Below, one piece after another: positions 61,641 through 64,000 of a DNA stretch of 64,000 nt (the stretch's first letter is position 1; the number at the start of each line of letters is the position of its first letter). The notes beneath the pieces are model-generated. The model searched no databases. It saw only the letters and a program-made list of their open reading frames with translations, and was not told the origin of the DNA. Source of the stretch: Antedon mediterranea (Eukaryota; Animalia; Echinodermata); the NCBI RefSeq assembly GCF_964355755.1, contig NC_092677.1:13600101-13664100 (forward strand), given 5' to 3'. The translations under genes and the position numbers were made by a program.

Positions 61641-63479
61641 GAGGTGGGCGATTATGAGAAGTGGTCCCTTAACAGAGATGGTGATCGTTCAATAGAGGTG
61701 GTCGCTAACGACGGTGGTTGCTTACGATGTATGGTCGCTTTAGGAAGGTGATCGCTTACAAGATGTCCAGGTTTAGAATGTCGCTTACGAGAGAGAGGTG
61801 GATAGACTGAAAGCAAAGTAAAGTAATGCATTTGCACATGATTTAGAGATAGGTTTGTTTCTGTTTTTTACGTTAGATTTTGTAACACAGACCCTGTGTA
61901 AAAGTTGTACTGTATGTCTTATCGTCTTTAGTTATGGAGCAGATTGCTATAAAACAGTCTTGACCGCTGGTCTAACTCCCAGATTAAAGCCGGCTTTATC
62001 AGATAGACAGTCTGACTAAAGACCAAATTTTATGTCACAAATTATATAGCTGATAAAGACTGTTTATACACCACTTATAGCAATCCACCCATGGTCTTTT
62101 TTTTATAAAGTTAGTAAGCATTTTGATTTGTAAAAAGACTTTGTAGTTTGTTTGTACTGTAGTAAAACACATCTGTGGAAAATATTTGACGCAAGCAAGG
62201 TCAGAAAGGATGAGTTGAGGCATCAGTTGTTGAAAAATGTCCTAATGTGCATTTAAAATATAAACAAGTAACCTATTTTTGTCAACCTTATGTGGCCGAA
62301 ACGTTTTCACAGAGGGGGCAGTTCCAAGTTGGCTGTCTTTTCTGTAGAGTATATAATATCACCCAGCACTGACTAGAGCTACTTGAAGCAGAAACGTATT
62401 GGTACCCAGTAAGTAAAATTAGAATGCTTCCACCGTTCTTTTAGTTATTTTGCAGCACATTTATATAATATATTTGATGATTGACGTTTGATGATAACCG
62501 ATTATTGTTTTAATAGTAATTATACAGGGCCGATGGCGTTTTTCCAATCTACATTTTTAATAGTTTTTTAACATAGGCCTATAATTTAACCTTAACTTTT
62601 GCAATTTGATGTATTTTTCTTTGTTTTATTGTCTTAAAATGATGTCAAGCAAAATGAATTTCTATTTTAAAGTGGACCAATACAATTTCTTGAATCTTGA
62701 AGTGATTTCAATATACAGTAATTTATGATACCAATAGTTTAAAAATATGCCAAAAATATTTATTTAAAAACTCGGGCCAGGACAAACCTTGGAATACAAT
62801 TTTTAAAAAAATATAAGTTCACAAAAAGTTGATAACTCATAAAAATACTGTATAATGCAGCATACAGCAAAAACTAAAACTTTGGAAAAAAAAAATACTT
62901 TGAAATAAAAATTGTCATAATTCAGCATGTAACACTGTCAAAAACACAAGAATTTAATATTTTAAAAAAAAACCATTCATTTTGGGACAATAAAAGTTGA
63001 ATAAATATATCACATAAAAATAAAATAATAAATACGGACTGTATTGTTTGCATCCTCAAAAAAAAATCTCAATAAAAAAATACTCACCAAATAGAAAAAG
63101 ACTTGTAAGGTGATAAGTAAAAAGTGAAGAAAAATTCTTGTAATAAACGGTTGAAAAAACAGTTGATTCAAAAACTGAAAAAAAATAATGGGACCATATA
63201 TAAATAAAATGTAAGAAATAAAAAAAATGGGCCATGCGTTTTTTGGTGTTTTTTTTCTCATCAAAAGTTGATTTTTTTATTTTATTACGTCATTTTATGA
63301 ATAATGATTATTTATAGCCTATTTAGATAATAAAAACGATTTCAATTTATAATATTGTTACGTTGTATGTTAAGGTCTACTTATAAAGAGTATTATTTAT
63401 TAACAAAATAAAACTACAATATTTTTGTTGACAGCAAAAATCTGTTATTTTCATATTTAAAAAGAAGTGATGCTTCGAG

Positions 63480-64000
63480 GCCTAGCCTAGTATAGAATAG
63501 TAGGTTAGGCTGGCCTAGCTAGCAAGAAAAATAGCCTTAACTGCAGCACATTCCTTCGTGAGTCTGGCCGGTGGTGGCATGGCGTGTCTTCGTCGAACAT
63601 TAGAACAATCATTCATTTGATCAACAATACATTCGTAATTAACTAAATAAAACGATAAAAAACCTTACTTTATCTACTAGTACTACTAGCCTAGGGCCTA
63701 GCTAACTCTAGGGTAGGGCCTACCTAGACTCTGATGAGTAGGCTAGACTAGAACATTGATTGTTTCTAAAATCGCTGCACAATCGGACAAATCATATAGG
63801 CCTAGCTTAAAATACGTCACAAAAGGCCAGTTCGATTAAAAGAACCTAGGCCTGCAAATAAAGCACCGAATCACCACCGCCATATTGATTTCTTGCGCTG
63901 GCCTGGCTGCCGAATCCGCCGCCGCTTGCCTGGATGGCTCTCTACCGACCGGTGGTCTAGGCTTCTGGATATTCATAATAAATTAGAAAATTCAGTCGAA
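63480..64000 (-). promoter_or_regulatory. Putative CpG-rich promoter/first-exon region, probably driving the hnRNP C-like gene(s)
   Basis: GC/CpG-rich patch with a YY1-like AATATGGCGG on the minus strand (~63877-63886). It is followed on that strand by TAGGCCTA-rich sequence like that beside the OSGEP, REC8 and METTL17 first exons. Confidence 0.45.

Noticed and set aside
63530-63600. Short minus-strand ATG-initiated reading frame (MFDEDTPCHHRPDSRRNVL)
   Set aside because: No recognisable homology and no clear in-frame downstream exon; it may be a uORF or part of a 5' exon.

Overview
Eukaryotic, AT-rich, intron-rich animal genomic DNA. The repeat families and gene structures suggest a marine invertebrate deuterostome such as an echinoderm (inference only). 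Hand-splicing on GT-AG boundaries gives five in-frame gene models: OSGEP/Kae1 (-, 13 coding exons, 335 aa), head-to-head with the meiotic kleisin REC8 (+, 17 exons, ~631 aa); METTL17/Rsm22 (+, 11 exons, ~493 aa); and two tandem paralogous genes (-) that each join an hnRNP C/RALY-type RRM to a C-terminal C2H2 zinc finger resembling that of BCL11. The first 10 kb is decayed transposon sequence: BEL/Pao LTR, LINEs, DIRS, Harbinger-like, and a tandemly amplified P2X7-ballast-like coding fragment. Introns carry SINEs, TTAA-flanked Kolobok-like MITEs (one nested pair) and several minisatellites. The most notable items are the RRM+zinc-finger hnRNP C-like tandem pair, which may share one promoter, and the fact that all four gene families are also neighbours on human 14q11.2-q12. 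All similarity statements come from recalled sequences, not from database searches. The long repetitive ORFs in the ORF track are minisatellite artefacts.
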